Below, piece after piece: positions 18,892 to 26,618 of a stretch of 36,280 bases of DNA (position 1 is its first letter; every line of letters starts with the position of its first letter). Origin of the DNA: a virus (taxonomy: Duplodnaviria; Caudoviricetes); the IMG/VR virus record IMGVR_UViG_3300030372_001513, positions 1 to 36,280 of that record; one strand, given 5' to 3'. A program made the position numbers and the translations under genes. The notes beneath the pieces are model-generated. The model was not told the DNA's origin, did not search any database, and was given only the letters and a program-made list of their open reading frames with translations.

Positions 18892-18954
18892 CCTATAAAC
18901 TCCTTGGGATTGATTTAATTTTTGAGTAACTAACTTCGTTTCGATCCTTTCTCA

Positions 18955-18983
18955 AAAGTGGTATCTGACGCATCAGGCACTTT
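18955..18983 (-). promoter_or_regulatory. Bulged hairpin in the capsid gene leader
   Basis: AAAGTG-C-CTGA-TGCG-TCAG-ATAC-CACTTT. Confidence 0.5.
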
Positions 18984-19010
18984 AGATATTTAGATTTCTA
19001 CTCTGTTAAT

Positions 19011-19274
19011 TTATACTGACCCACAATTCCACTTCCTTAAAGCAAGGGCTTTGCGAGTTAGCTTGCCATCTTTTTTTAATGGTCCTTTTAGCCCAGACAT
19101 TCTTGCACAAAAAGATTTTCTTCTTGCTTTTTGTCTGGGCGAAAGACCTGTCTTTTTAGTAACAGGAGCTTGCAAGTTTCCACCTGTTGCTCGGTTAAGT
19201 TTCTCACGACCAGAAGGAGTAAGACCACCTGTAGGGTCTTTATCCTTCTTAGTAAGAGATACTCCCTTAGACAT
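19011..19274 (-). CDS. Small basic phage protein
   Basis: 87 aa, GGLT..GR...RRKSFCARM motif seen in marine phage head-region proteins. Confidence 0.8.
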   Translation of the reverse strand: MSKGVSLTKKDKDPTGGLTPSGREKLNRATGGNLQAPVTKKTGLSPRQKARRKSFCARMSGLKGPLKKDGKLTRKALALRKWNCGSV

Positions 19275-19306
19275 AAAAAATGTAAGCTATTTAAAATATA
19301 ACACCC

Positions 19307-19561
19307 TTATACAATCTTTAAACCATCTCTTCCTTTTCTTCTTTTAAAATTTTTAGTAATTCTTTTGCTGCTTGTTTTTTCTTTTTTAAATCTTGTTGTT
19401 TCAGCTTTACTTAATTCACTTGTTGTTTTTGGTGTTTTACTACTAACTCTTTTAGATGGTCTGCAAGCAGGGTAGCCACGACTCTCTCCTTTCTGACGAC
19501 CACAAGGTTTGCCAGTTTTAACATCTACCCATTCTTCTTTAAACCATCTGCGTAAACTCAT
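19307..19561 (-). CDS. Small basic phage protein
   Basis: 84 aa, L.RWFKEEWVDV..GKPCGR...YP.CRP; ATGA coupling. Confidence 0.8.
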   Translation of the reverse strand: MSLRRWFKEEWVDVKTGKPCGRQKGESRGYPACRPSKRVSSKTPKTTSELSKAETTRFKKEKTSSKRITKNFKRRKGRDGLKIV

Positions 19562-19710
19562 TTGCCTACTTTCTTCATAGCTATCTTATGAGCTTTATCA
19601 AAGGATGAACCACCTCTCATTAATCTTTTCATTTCGTCCATGTGCTTCTTTGTATGATGTGCTGAATGTGCTTGCAGCTTTACGATCTGCTGGTTAGTTA
19701 GCTTTGCCAT
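19558..19710 (-). CDS. 50-aa His/Lys-rich protein (not in ORF track)
   Basis: MAKLTNQQIVKLQAHSAHHTKKHMDEMKRLMRGGSSFDKAHKIAMKKVGK*. Confidence 0.7.
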   Translation of the reverse strand: MAKLTNQQIVKLQAHSAHHTKKHMDEMKRLMRGGSSFDKAHKIAMKKVGK

Positions 19711-19819
19711 TTTTCTTTTTAGATTTTTTTGCGTTCTTAGATAGTATTTGAAAATCTATTCTAGTGATTTTCTTATCACCATCAACATCAAGCTTATACT
19801 GTTTTCCTTTTAGTGCCAT
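19694..19819 (-). CDS. 41-aa basic protein with EF-hand-like loop (not in ORF track)
   Basis: MALKGKQYKLDVDGDKKITRIDFQILSKNAKKSKKKNGKAN*; GAGG SD. Confidence 0.65.
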   Translation of the reverse strand: MALKGKQYKLDVDGDKKITRIDFQILSKNAKKSKKKNGKAN

Positions 19820-19821
19820 GA

Positions 19822-19995
19822 TTAAGCAATCCTCAATTTTTTTCTAGTGTAACCAGATGCAGTTCTTTTCTTTCCATCTGGTCCTTTGATGTTTCCTTTG
19901 CAGACTCTTACAGCATAGGCATTAGCGTAAGCCGAAGGATATACCTTGAACTTACGCTTTGCTGCTGCTTTACCTCTAGCACATAGCTTAGTCAT
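19822..19995 (-). CDS. 57-aa basic protein (not in ORF track)
   Basis: MTKLCARGKAAAKRKFKVYPSAYANAYAVRVCKG...RKKLRIA*; TAATG coupling to scaffold. Confidence 0.75.
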   Translation of the reverse strand: MTKLCARGKAAAKRKFKVYPSAYANAYAVRVCKGNIKGPDGKKRTASGYTRKKLRIA

Positions 19996-20858
19996 TATCC
20001 AAAGACTGAACTGTTTTGTAATCTCGCATGCACATTTTGTGTATATGCTGCATCTTTATTGTACCTTGGATCACTCATAGCAGCCGTAACTTCTGCACCT
20101 GTTTGAAATGGTATTGGTCCACTTGATGCAGGTCTTCCTGTGACGAGGTTTGGTTCTACTCCCATAGCATTTTGGTATTGTGTGTAAAGTCCTTGAACCA
20201 TCATCTTAAGTTGTGGTCCTGTCATTGTATTAGTCGCATCATTGAATCCTTTGATTTCATCTTTCGGTAGATTCTCTAATGCCCAACTAACCATCTTGCC
20301 ATAGGCTTCATCTCCACCTATAGAGTCTCTAATATCTTTTACTTCTTGTGTAGGCAGTTCACCAGCAGCACCCTCTTCACCATCTACATAACCCATCTCT
20401 GCTGCCCTTCCAGTAAGGTAACTATCAACAGCTTTTTTAGATAGACCAGCATCTAATAAAGATTGATACATTTCTTCTGGTATCTCACCTTCATTCTTAT
20501 GAAACTCTGCACTAATTTTAAAAGGATCAATATTATTCTCCTTGAATATTTCACTTAAAGTTTCACCATAGTTTTCTACTACAGACTCTTGATTTACTGT
20601 GCCATCTTCAAGGTAATACTCTTCGTAACCTTCTGGCACTCCTACATCTTCTGTTGATTCAGAGACTTCTGATTCTGTTGTCTCTTCTCTTGTCTGTTCA
20701 ATAGAACCTAGTTTGCCCTCTAGCTCTTTATAGCTACGAGCCATGTCTTCAACAGTTTTAAACTTGCCAGCATACAAACCATTTTCATCTTTCAAACCTT
20801 CCAAGTCTTGTGCAGACATTGGTGGTGTTTCAGAAACATTTAATTGTGATGAAGTCAT
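19995..20858 (-). CDS. Capsid scaffolding protein (gp9)
   Basis: Acidic; AGKFKTVEDM..SY.ELE, GG.EAY..M..WA, AMSDPRY..D.AY motifs. Confidence 0.92.
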   Translation of the reverse strand: MTSSQLNVSETPPMSAQDLEGLKDENGLYAGKFKTVEDMARSYKELEGKLGSIEQTREETTESEVSESTEDVGVPEGYEEYYLEDGTVNQESVVENYGETLSEIFKENNIDPFKISAEFHKNEGEIPEEMYQSLLDAGLSKKAVDSYLTGRAAEMGYVDGEEGAAGELPTQEVKDIRDSIGGDEAYGKMVSWALENLPKDEIKGFNDATNTMTGPQLKMMVQGLYTQYQNAMGVEPNLVTGRPASSGPIPFQTGAEVTAAMSDPRYNKDAAYTQNVHARLQNSSVFG

Positions 20859-20869
20859 AAAATAATTTG

Positions 20870-21025
20870 TTAATTAAAAGTAAGTGTATTCCCATTTTTA
20901 GTAACAACATCTCCTTTGTTACCAGAAACAGGGTTAGGGTCATTCACTCCTAGTTTAGAAACTACTGCTTTAGCTTCTTCTTTCTTTGGAGCTTCTTTAT
21001 TGTTGTTGGATTTCTTGGTCGGCAT
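20870..21025 (-). CDS. Small hypothetical protein (51 aa; likely start 21025)
   Basis: AGGAGG SD before MPTKKS. Confidence 0.6.
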   Translation of the reverse strand: MPTKKSNNNKEAPKKEEAKAVVSKLGVNDPNPVSGNKGDVVTKNGNTLTFN

Positions 21026-22592
21026 CTTGTGTTTCCTCCTGTAGTTGGGCTGCCTGTGCATTGTTCTTAGGATCTAATAATTTAGAACCCAAGGCAGCAG
21101 GTCCAAGACTTTGGATTAACTGCTGTTGTGCAGCAGCTTGTTGTTCTTCTTGAATCTGCTCAGGTGTTTTGACTAGGTTGGCAGTATCAATTCCGATACT
21201 GGTAGCTAGTCTTTTAACTGCTTCGTCCACGTTTACATACTGTCTCATCACATCAGGTCCAAGAGCTTGAGCTATCGTTCCAATAAACTCGATCAGTTTG
21301 TTTCTATCATTACCTCTACCAAGACCTTGTAAACCTGTAACGATCTTAGGTGTAACTAAATCCTCTGGTAACTTGGGTACTTTACCTGCCCTTACTAGCA
21401 TGTGCATACGTCTTCTTAAGTAAGGTAGTTGAAACTCTTGGGTCAAGATACTGTAGATACCACCAAGACTATTCTCTAGTTCTTGTGCCATAAGATTTAT
21501 CTCTGCTGCTGTTACTCTTTCTGCATCTCTCTGTACTGATCTTGCCATCAAGAAAGCAAACTCAAGTCTTTGTTCAATACGTTGTATAGCACTAAAGGCA
21601 ACAGAGAAGTCTGCACTCTTACCAACTTGCATGACACTTATATCTGATGCTAGTCCTTCTCGCACAGCACCATTAGGAGACTTTGCTAATGTACTAGCTC
21701 TAGTAACACCATTGGGATTTACAAGAAATAAAGTCTTCGCACTAGCAGCAGCACCTTCGATTATTGCTTGCATCAAAGCTTCAAGACTAATTAAGTCTCC
21801 TCTATATTCTTCAACATATCCTCTTCCATAGTCTTCACCATCTACTCTTATAAATCTGAGAGGAATCCAAGGTGTAACATTTAGTTTAGATCTACCATCT
21901 GTATTAGGTATTCTTTCTCCTTTACATTCCTGATACCAAATGACATCATCATTCATACGTTTGATGTATGTATATATATCAAGATCACTTTCCATTGTCT
22001 TAGCGTCATAGTTCTCTTTCTTCTTTATCTGTTCTAAGAAGTCAAGAGGTAACGCTTGAGGATGTACTGTTTCTTTTGTAAGGATCTCTAATACATTACC
22101 TACCTCATCTCTCTTGCATACAAACTTTGATAATGGATATACCTTAAGTCCTTTATCTGTCAGGTATAACAAGACATTGCCAGATACTACAAGATGCTTA
22201 ATAGCTTCAAACATAGCAACCCTGTCATTAGATATTTCTATCTGATTCATCAAAGCATTTTCTATTGTGCGTAGTCCTTTATCTATCTCACTTTGAAATT
22301 CATCTTGTCCTTGTTTCTTTATTTCAAGATCATCTATTTCTAATTTAAAAAATGCTGTGCTTGGTGGTAGCAAAGTCATTAATAATTTATTCGATAAACT
22401 ATTAACACCACGACTACCAGTAGCTTGAAAAGGTGTTTTGATTCTAGCCCTAGTACCAGATGTTTGTTCTGGTATAAGGCTAGGTATTGTTAGCTTTGAA
22501 GATTCTTTGGCTTCTCTATCGTATGTTGATCTATTACTAACAAGAGTTTCGTACCTACTTGCTGCTGTTGTACCTTGCTGTGAATATTCCAT
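20997..22592 (-). CDS. Portal / head-tail connector (gp8)
   Basis: GEDYGRG.VEEY.GDL.SL, RVTA.EI...A.ELE..LGG.YS motifs. Confidence 0.96.
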   Translation of the reverse strand: MEYSQQGTTAASRYETLVSNRSTYDREAKESSKLTIPSLIPEQTSGTRARIKTPFQATGSRGVNSLSNKLLMTLLPPSTAFFKLEIDDLEIKKQGQDEFQSEIDKGLRTIENALMNQIEISNDRVAMFEAIKHLVVSGNVLLYLTDKGLKVYPLSKFVCKRDEVGNVLEILTKETVHPQALPLDFLEQIKKKENYDAKTMESDLDIYTYIKRMNDDVIWYQECKGERIPNTDGRSKLNVTPWIPLRFIRVDGEDYGRGYVEEYRGDLISLEALMQAIIEGAAASAKTLFLVNPNGVTRASTLAKSPNGAVREGLASDISVMQVGKSADFSVAFSAIQRIEQRLEFAFLMARSVQRDAERVTAAEINLMAQELENSLGGIYSILTQEFQLPYLRRRMHMLVRAGKVPKLPEDLVTPKIVTGLQGLGRGNDRNKLIEFIGTIAQALGPDVMRQYVNVDEAVKRLATSIGIDTANLVKTPEQIQEEQQAAAQQQLIQSLGPAALGSKLLDPKNNAQAAQLQEETQDADQEIQQQ

Positions 22593-22593
22593 A

Positions 22594-22851
22594 TTAAGAA
22601 GGCTTGTTCAGACTTGGATAAGTTAAATTGCCAGAAGCAATAGCAGTACCCCCTCCACCTAATAACGGAATCTGTAATGATCTAGTACCAAGTCTTGTTC
22701 TTCCTCCAGGTAGAAATCGCAGTCTCTTTCTTCTATTAGGTCGAGACTTTCTATTGTCAGCAACAACAACCCTATCAGCAGTATCTTCTATTGCTGAGTC
22801 TCTTGGTTCTGGCTTGGGTAAAGGTGGTGGCTTGGGTGCTCTTAAACACAT
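22594..22851 (-). CDS. Small virion protein (T7 gp6.7/7.3 position)
   Basis: MC..P-rich start, basic, GTRSLQI motif, immediately upstream of portal. Confidence 0.7.
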   Translation of the reverse strand: MCLRAPKPPPLPKPEPRDSAIEDTADRVVVADNRKSRPNRRKRLRFLPGGRTRLGTRSLQIPLLGGGGTAIASGNLTYPSLNKPS

Positions 22852-22857
22852 AAGTAA

Positions 22858-23055
22858 TTACTCCAATACTTTGTTTGTAAGCATGGTTTCTTTTTGTCTT
22901 TTTTGTTGTTCGATTAAAAAATCTACAACATACCTTTGACCTGCACGATACCACACTTCTCTATCAGATAAAGATAAATCAGGATGACGATTTGGAAAAG
23001 TATTATCTAAACTATATATCAATTCGTCTGTAATTACAGGTAATTTATGATCCAC
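22858..23055 (-). CDS. Conserved podophage hypothetical protein
   Basis: FP..HP......EVWY.AGQR.VV.FL motif; GTG start. Confidence 0.7.
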   Translation of the reverse strand: MDHKLPVITDELIYSLDNTFPNRHPDLSLSDREVWYRAGQRYVVDFLIEQQKRQKETMLTNKVLE

Positions 23056-23084
23056 AGATATAATATGGTTATAATTATTTTATA

Positions 23085-23093
23085 TGTTAATGT
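23085..23093 (+). promoter_or_regulatory. Extended -10 (TG-T-TAATGT) for sRNA candidate 1
   Basis: Lies 6-7 nt before the first hairpin base. Confidence 0.5.
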
Positions 23094-23099
23094 ATAAAT

Positions 23100-23170
23100 A
23101 GCAAGGATTGGTTGCCTTGCTGTACTGTTTGAAGACCCTATGTTGGTGGTTCCTCATAGGGTTTTCTTTA
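23100..23170 (+). ncRNA. Candidate trans-acting antisense sRNA (two stem-loops)
   Basis: AGCAAGG/CCTTGCT stem, linker GTACTGTTT, 12-bp stem with G.U valid only on +, loop TTGGTGGTTCCT, U-rich end; unpaired parts match early-gene RBS regions. Confidence 0.65.
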
Positions 23171-23902
23171 TGGCTTCCAAAGATTTACTTCTCCTGTTTG
23201 ATAGTTATAATCACCTTCTCTAAGTATTCTTGTCAGTCTTGCATTGAGTATGGCATCAGCTAGTGTATGACCTTTCTTTGTATAAGTCTTTGATACTTTA
23301 TCCCATAGTGCTTGAACAGTGTCAGGTGTATCAGCTAAGGTCTTGCTTGCTGTAACCATACCCATACCTTTAATACCTAGTATTCCATCACCTGCATCAC
23401 CAGCCATAGACATTTCAAACCAATGCCTGTTCGCTTTTTTTTCTGTAATATGTTCTATCTCTTCTGCTGCTAGTAGCTTGCAAGGAATGGTCCTCATATC
23501 CTTATCGACTGACACGATGATAGGATTGTCATACCTACCATTAGTTGCAAGTAACCCAAGTACGTCATCACCCTCAAGGTTTGGATAAGCAATACATTCA
23601 TATCTTTCTTTTACTTTGTTGATTGTATTTTTAAGAGCTAAAGGTTTTAGCTTTCCTATCCTGTTAATTTTGTAGTCAGGAAATATCTCATGTCTAAATG
23701 TAGGGTAAGAAGTAAAGCACATAACAATATCGTGCTTGCCCTCTGCAATAGTTCTATAAACATCAAGTCTATTTTCTATTAAGTTAAGACAGTCTCTTAC
23801 ATCACTATGTAATGTATGCTCCCATTCACTCCATCTTGTATCTTCCTGACAAGCACAGCAGCTAGAGAATATCAACCAATCAGCATCTATAAGTAGTGTC
23901 AT
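23168..23902 (-). CDS. 5'-3' exonuclease (gp6)
   Basis: LLIDAD, FR..I.PDYK.NR, LEGDDVLG, SVDKDM, GD..DG..G.KG.G. Confidence 0.93.
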   Translation of the reverse strand: MTLLIDADWLIFSSCCACQEDTRWSEWEHTLHSDVRDCLNLIENRLDVYRTIAEGKHDIVMCFTSYPTFRHEIFPDYKINRIGKLKPLALKNTINKVKERYECIAYPNLEGDDVLGLLATNGRYDNPIIVSVDKDMRTIPCKLLAAEEIEHITEKKANRHWFEMSMAGDAGDGILGIKGMGMVTASKTLADTPDTVQALWDKVSKTYTKKGHTLADAILNARLTRILREGDYNYQTGEVNLWKP

Positions 23903-23904
23903 AA

Positions 23905-25512
23905 TTAATCTCCAAAGGTGTCTTCATAAACAACTAACCGACCTGTGTTCTGGTCGTACAGTAATCTATCTACTTCTCCTGTCATACCAGTATGTCTTGA
24001 CTTAAGTATCTTTAGTTGTAGTCTTGATCTTTCATATACTTCTCCTACTTGATTTCGTGAAGCACCAAGAACAATGTCACTTAACTGAACCAGACTATGA
24101 GATCCTCGTAGATCAGAAACAGATATGTCTCTACCTTCCTCATGTCCTTGGCCTTGTGGTCTGCGTAGATGACTGACTACTATCAAAGCTATATTTGTAG
24201 ATTCACATAAGCTCCTAAGCTTTGTCATGGTTACATCTATAGCCCTACGTTCATTGTCTAGTTCAAGACCTGACATGACTATGGATATGTGATCCAGTAT
24301 TACTACCTTTACTTTATCTACTGTTGCCAGATACCTTATCTGTTCAAGCAATACATCAGGTTCAAGACTACCAAAGTGGTTATATAAAAATAAATTTCTA
24401 GTAGATGTCAGCTTATCAAATGCAGCTTTAATTTCTTCATCTGTATATCTATTATCGTTGAGATGCAAAGGGCAGTTTAAATCTATACCAACTAATCCTT
24501 GTAGTGTTCTTTGTACTGTTTCTTCTAGTCCTATATAACCTACCTTGATGTCACGTTGCAGAAAGTGATAAGCCATCTCTCTACATATAGTGCTTTTACC
24601 TGCACCACTACCACTAGCTATCGTAAACAGTTGGCTAGGAAATAAACCTCTTGTATATTCATTTAACTTTGGATAAGGAAAGTCTGATATAGGTAAACTT
24701 GTTTCTTTATTAAATAGATCCCACGCATCAGCAGCATTAATTAAACTGTCTGGTCTTACTGGTCTAGCTTTCCATAATCTATCTTTAACAAGTTCACCTT
24801 CGTTTAATATCAGATGTTCATTGACATCTTTTCTGTCTAGTCTTGCAATGGCAACCTTTCCTTTAGGTAAGACTTCCATACATTTCTCACTAGCTTTCTC
24901 CCCTGCTTCATCATTATCAAAGCAAAGAACTATACGACAATAATTATCAAGCCATTTATAGTTTGCTGCTAGATACTTAGCTGCTGACTGCACTCCTGAC
25001 GGGATAGATATACAAGGAAACTTATTACCCTGTATCTGACTAGCACTCATGCAGTCAATCTCTCCCTCACAACAGGTGACAAAAACTGATCCATTGCTAC
25101 CATGTTGTCTCCATAGATGCTGACCCCATAGTTGTACCTTTGACATATCACCAATCCATATAAACTTTTTGTCTTGAAACCTAACGTGCTGTGCTATATC
25201 TTTACCAAACTGGTCTTTGTAAGTAGCTACTTGAACTGGTTGCCCTCTATATTCTCCTTGCCCATATCCAAATAGTTCGCAAGTCTCCTTAGTGATTCCA
25301 CGTTTAGGCAAAGCTATCGGTGTCACCTTTAATAATTTAGGTGATGGCTTTTTCATTAGAATCATGTTGCTCAATTTCTTTTCTTTTTTGTTTGGGTAGT
25401 AGGTGTAATCGCAGCCCATAGTAAAGCAATGTTCATGCCCATCATCAAAGACTGCACAATTCTTTTTGCCACACTCAGGGCAAATCTTTTTATTCTTGTA
25501 TTGGCTCTTCAT
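23905..25512 (-). CDS. Primase-helicase (gp4); likely start 25512
   Basis: Zn finger CPECG...HCF..C, TOPRIM EGEID and FDNDEAG, Walker A SGSGAGKST, ILDH, SDLRGS. Confidence 0.95.
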   Translation of the reverse strand: MKSQYKNKKICPECGKKNCAVFDDGHEHCFTMGCDYTYYPNKKEKKLSNMILMKKPSPKLLKVTPIALPKRGITKETCELFGYGQGEYRGQPVQVATYKDQFGKDIAQHVRFQDKKFIWIGDMSKVQLWGQHLWRQHGSNGSVFVTCCEGEIDCMSASQIQGNKFPCISIPSGVQSAAKYLAANYKWLDNYCRIVLCFDNDEAGEKASEKCMEVLPKGKVAIARLDRKDVNEHLILNEGELVKDRLWKARPVRPDSLINAADAWDLFNKETSLPISDFPYPKLNEYTRGLFPSQLFTIASGSGAGKSTICREMAYHFLQRDIKVGYIGLEETVQRTLQGLVGIDLNCPLHLNDNRYTDEEIKAAFDKLTSTRNLFLYNHFGSLEPDVLLEQIRYLATVDKVKVVILDHISIVMSGLELDNERRAIDVTMTKLRSLCESTNIALIVVSHLRRPQGQGHEEGRDISVSDLRGSHSLVQLSDIVLGASRNQVGEVYERSRLQLKILKSRHTGMTGEVDRLLYDQNTGRLVVYEDTFGD

Positions 25513-25534
25513 CAAAGTTGCATTTGTGTTTTCT

Positions 25535-25918
25535 TTAGTACCAATCATCAGGAATAGTTTTATCGCAGTATTGAAACCCATGTCTCGTACACCATTTGGC
25601 ATACGAGATAGAGTTCTTAGCTTTAGATAATTTAGTCTTGCTGTTTTGAAAACAGAATCTTATATCTAGTTCGGGTCTAGTCTTCTTGATGATAAGATGT
25701 TTTCTTCTATCTTCTTTTGAGAAGTAGCCTTTTGTTTCAACAATAAAATTGTCGAGGATAAAATCAGGCTTGTAGCAGCAAGTAATTTCATAATCTATTT
25801 CAAGGGTTTCGTAGGTAAATACAATTTTCTTTTTGTTTAGTGTAGCTGCAAAGTCAGCTTCAAACTTACTTTTGTATTTAGAAATCTGCTGCTGATGATG
25901 CAGTTCTTTTTTCTTCAT
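25535..25918 (-). CDS. Endonuclease I / Holliday junction resolvase (gp3); start uncertain
   Basis: YKSKFE, Y.PDF, ETKG.F..EDR.KH, DIRF.F, YA.WC..HGF. Confidence 0.92.
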   Translation of the reverse strand: MKKKELHHQQQISKYKSKFEADFAATLNKKKIVFTYETLEIDYEITCCYKPDFILDNFIVETKGYFSKEDRRKHLIIKKTRPELDIRFCFQNSKTKLSKAKNSISYAKWCTRHGFQYCDKTIPDDWY

Positions 25919-26534
25919 AACTAGGTTGTGTTTCTGCTTCAAAGTCTGGGCTGCCTGTCCATTCAGCATGTCTTCTTACTATGACTTGTAAAGGTTGACA
26001 TCTGATACCGACACCATTAGCACCTGCATCATAGCCACTACACTTCATAGACATTTGACCTTCTAAAGCTGGACTAATCTTTTCATACTCTTTCTTTTCT
26101 TCGTCTGTCATAAGACGTAAGGGATCTTCATTAGCCCAAAAAGTTACAGGTGGATTAGTCCATACATCACCATTCTGTTTAACACCACCAGCTTTCTTGC
26201 TTGTTCTTATTATTAAATAATCATCTTCAAGATAGTAAGGCAATGATGGTTGGCCATGTTTGTTTTTTGTAAGACTAAACTTTCTGTCTGGATAGTGTTC
26301 TTTTAAAGCAGCTTTCCATCTTTCAAGTAACCCTTCCAGCTGTTCAAAGATATGTTCAACAGCATCAAGCTGCTTACCCGTTTGATCTTTCATCATTGTG
26401 CCTTTCTTGATAAGACACTCTGCTTTATACTTCCTAACACCTCTGTATTCATCAGGGGTTACAAGATATGAATACCTAAAATTAGTAGGGTTAGGTGTGA
26501 CTATCTTAATAGTCTCTGGCTTGAGATCGTCCAT
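25878..26534 (-). CDS. ssDNA-binding protein (gp2.5-like); likely start 26534
   Basis: Synteny, YL.TPD, GV.IR.Q..QV, C-terminal ...DF. Confidence 0.8.
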   Translation of the reverse strand: MDDLKPETIKIVTPNPTNFRYSYLVTPDEYRGVRKYKAECLIKKGTMMKDQTGKQLDAVEHIFEQLEGLLERWKAALKEHYPDRKFSLTKNKHGQPSLPYYLEDDYLIIRTSKKAGGVKQNGDVWTNPPVTFWANEDPLRLMTDEEKKEYEKISPALEGQMSMKCSGYDAGANGVGIRCQPLQVIVRRHAEWTGSPDFEAETQPSYEEKRTASSAADF

Positions 26535-26590
26535 GTTTTTTTTACCTTGGTTTGGTTGCTTGATAAATCGTCTATAAAAGACGTTCACTT

Positions 26591-26618
26591 ACTATACCTT
26601 GATCTTTGCTTATGTAAA
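26591..26618 (-). promoter_or_regulatory. Possible sigma70 promoter for replication genes
   Basis: TTTACA-16 nt-TATAGT. Confidence 0.4.

Noticed and set aside
23100-23170. Simple minus-strand terminator for the replication operon, or Yfr1
   Set aside because: No U tract on the minus side, the G.U pair favours +, and the Yfr1 motif ACTCCTCACAC is absent; some terminator role cannot be excluded.
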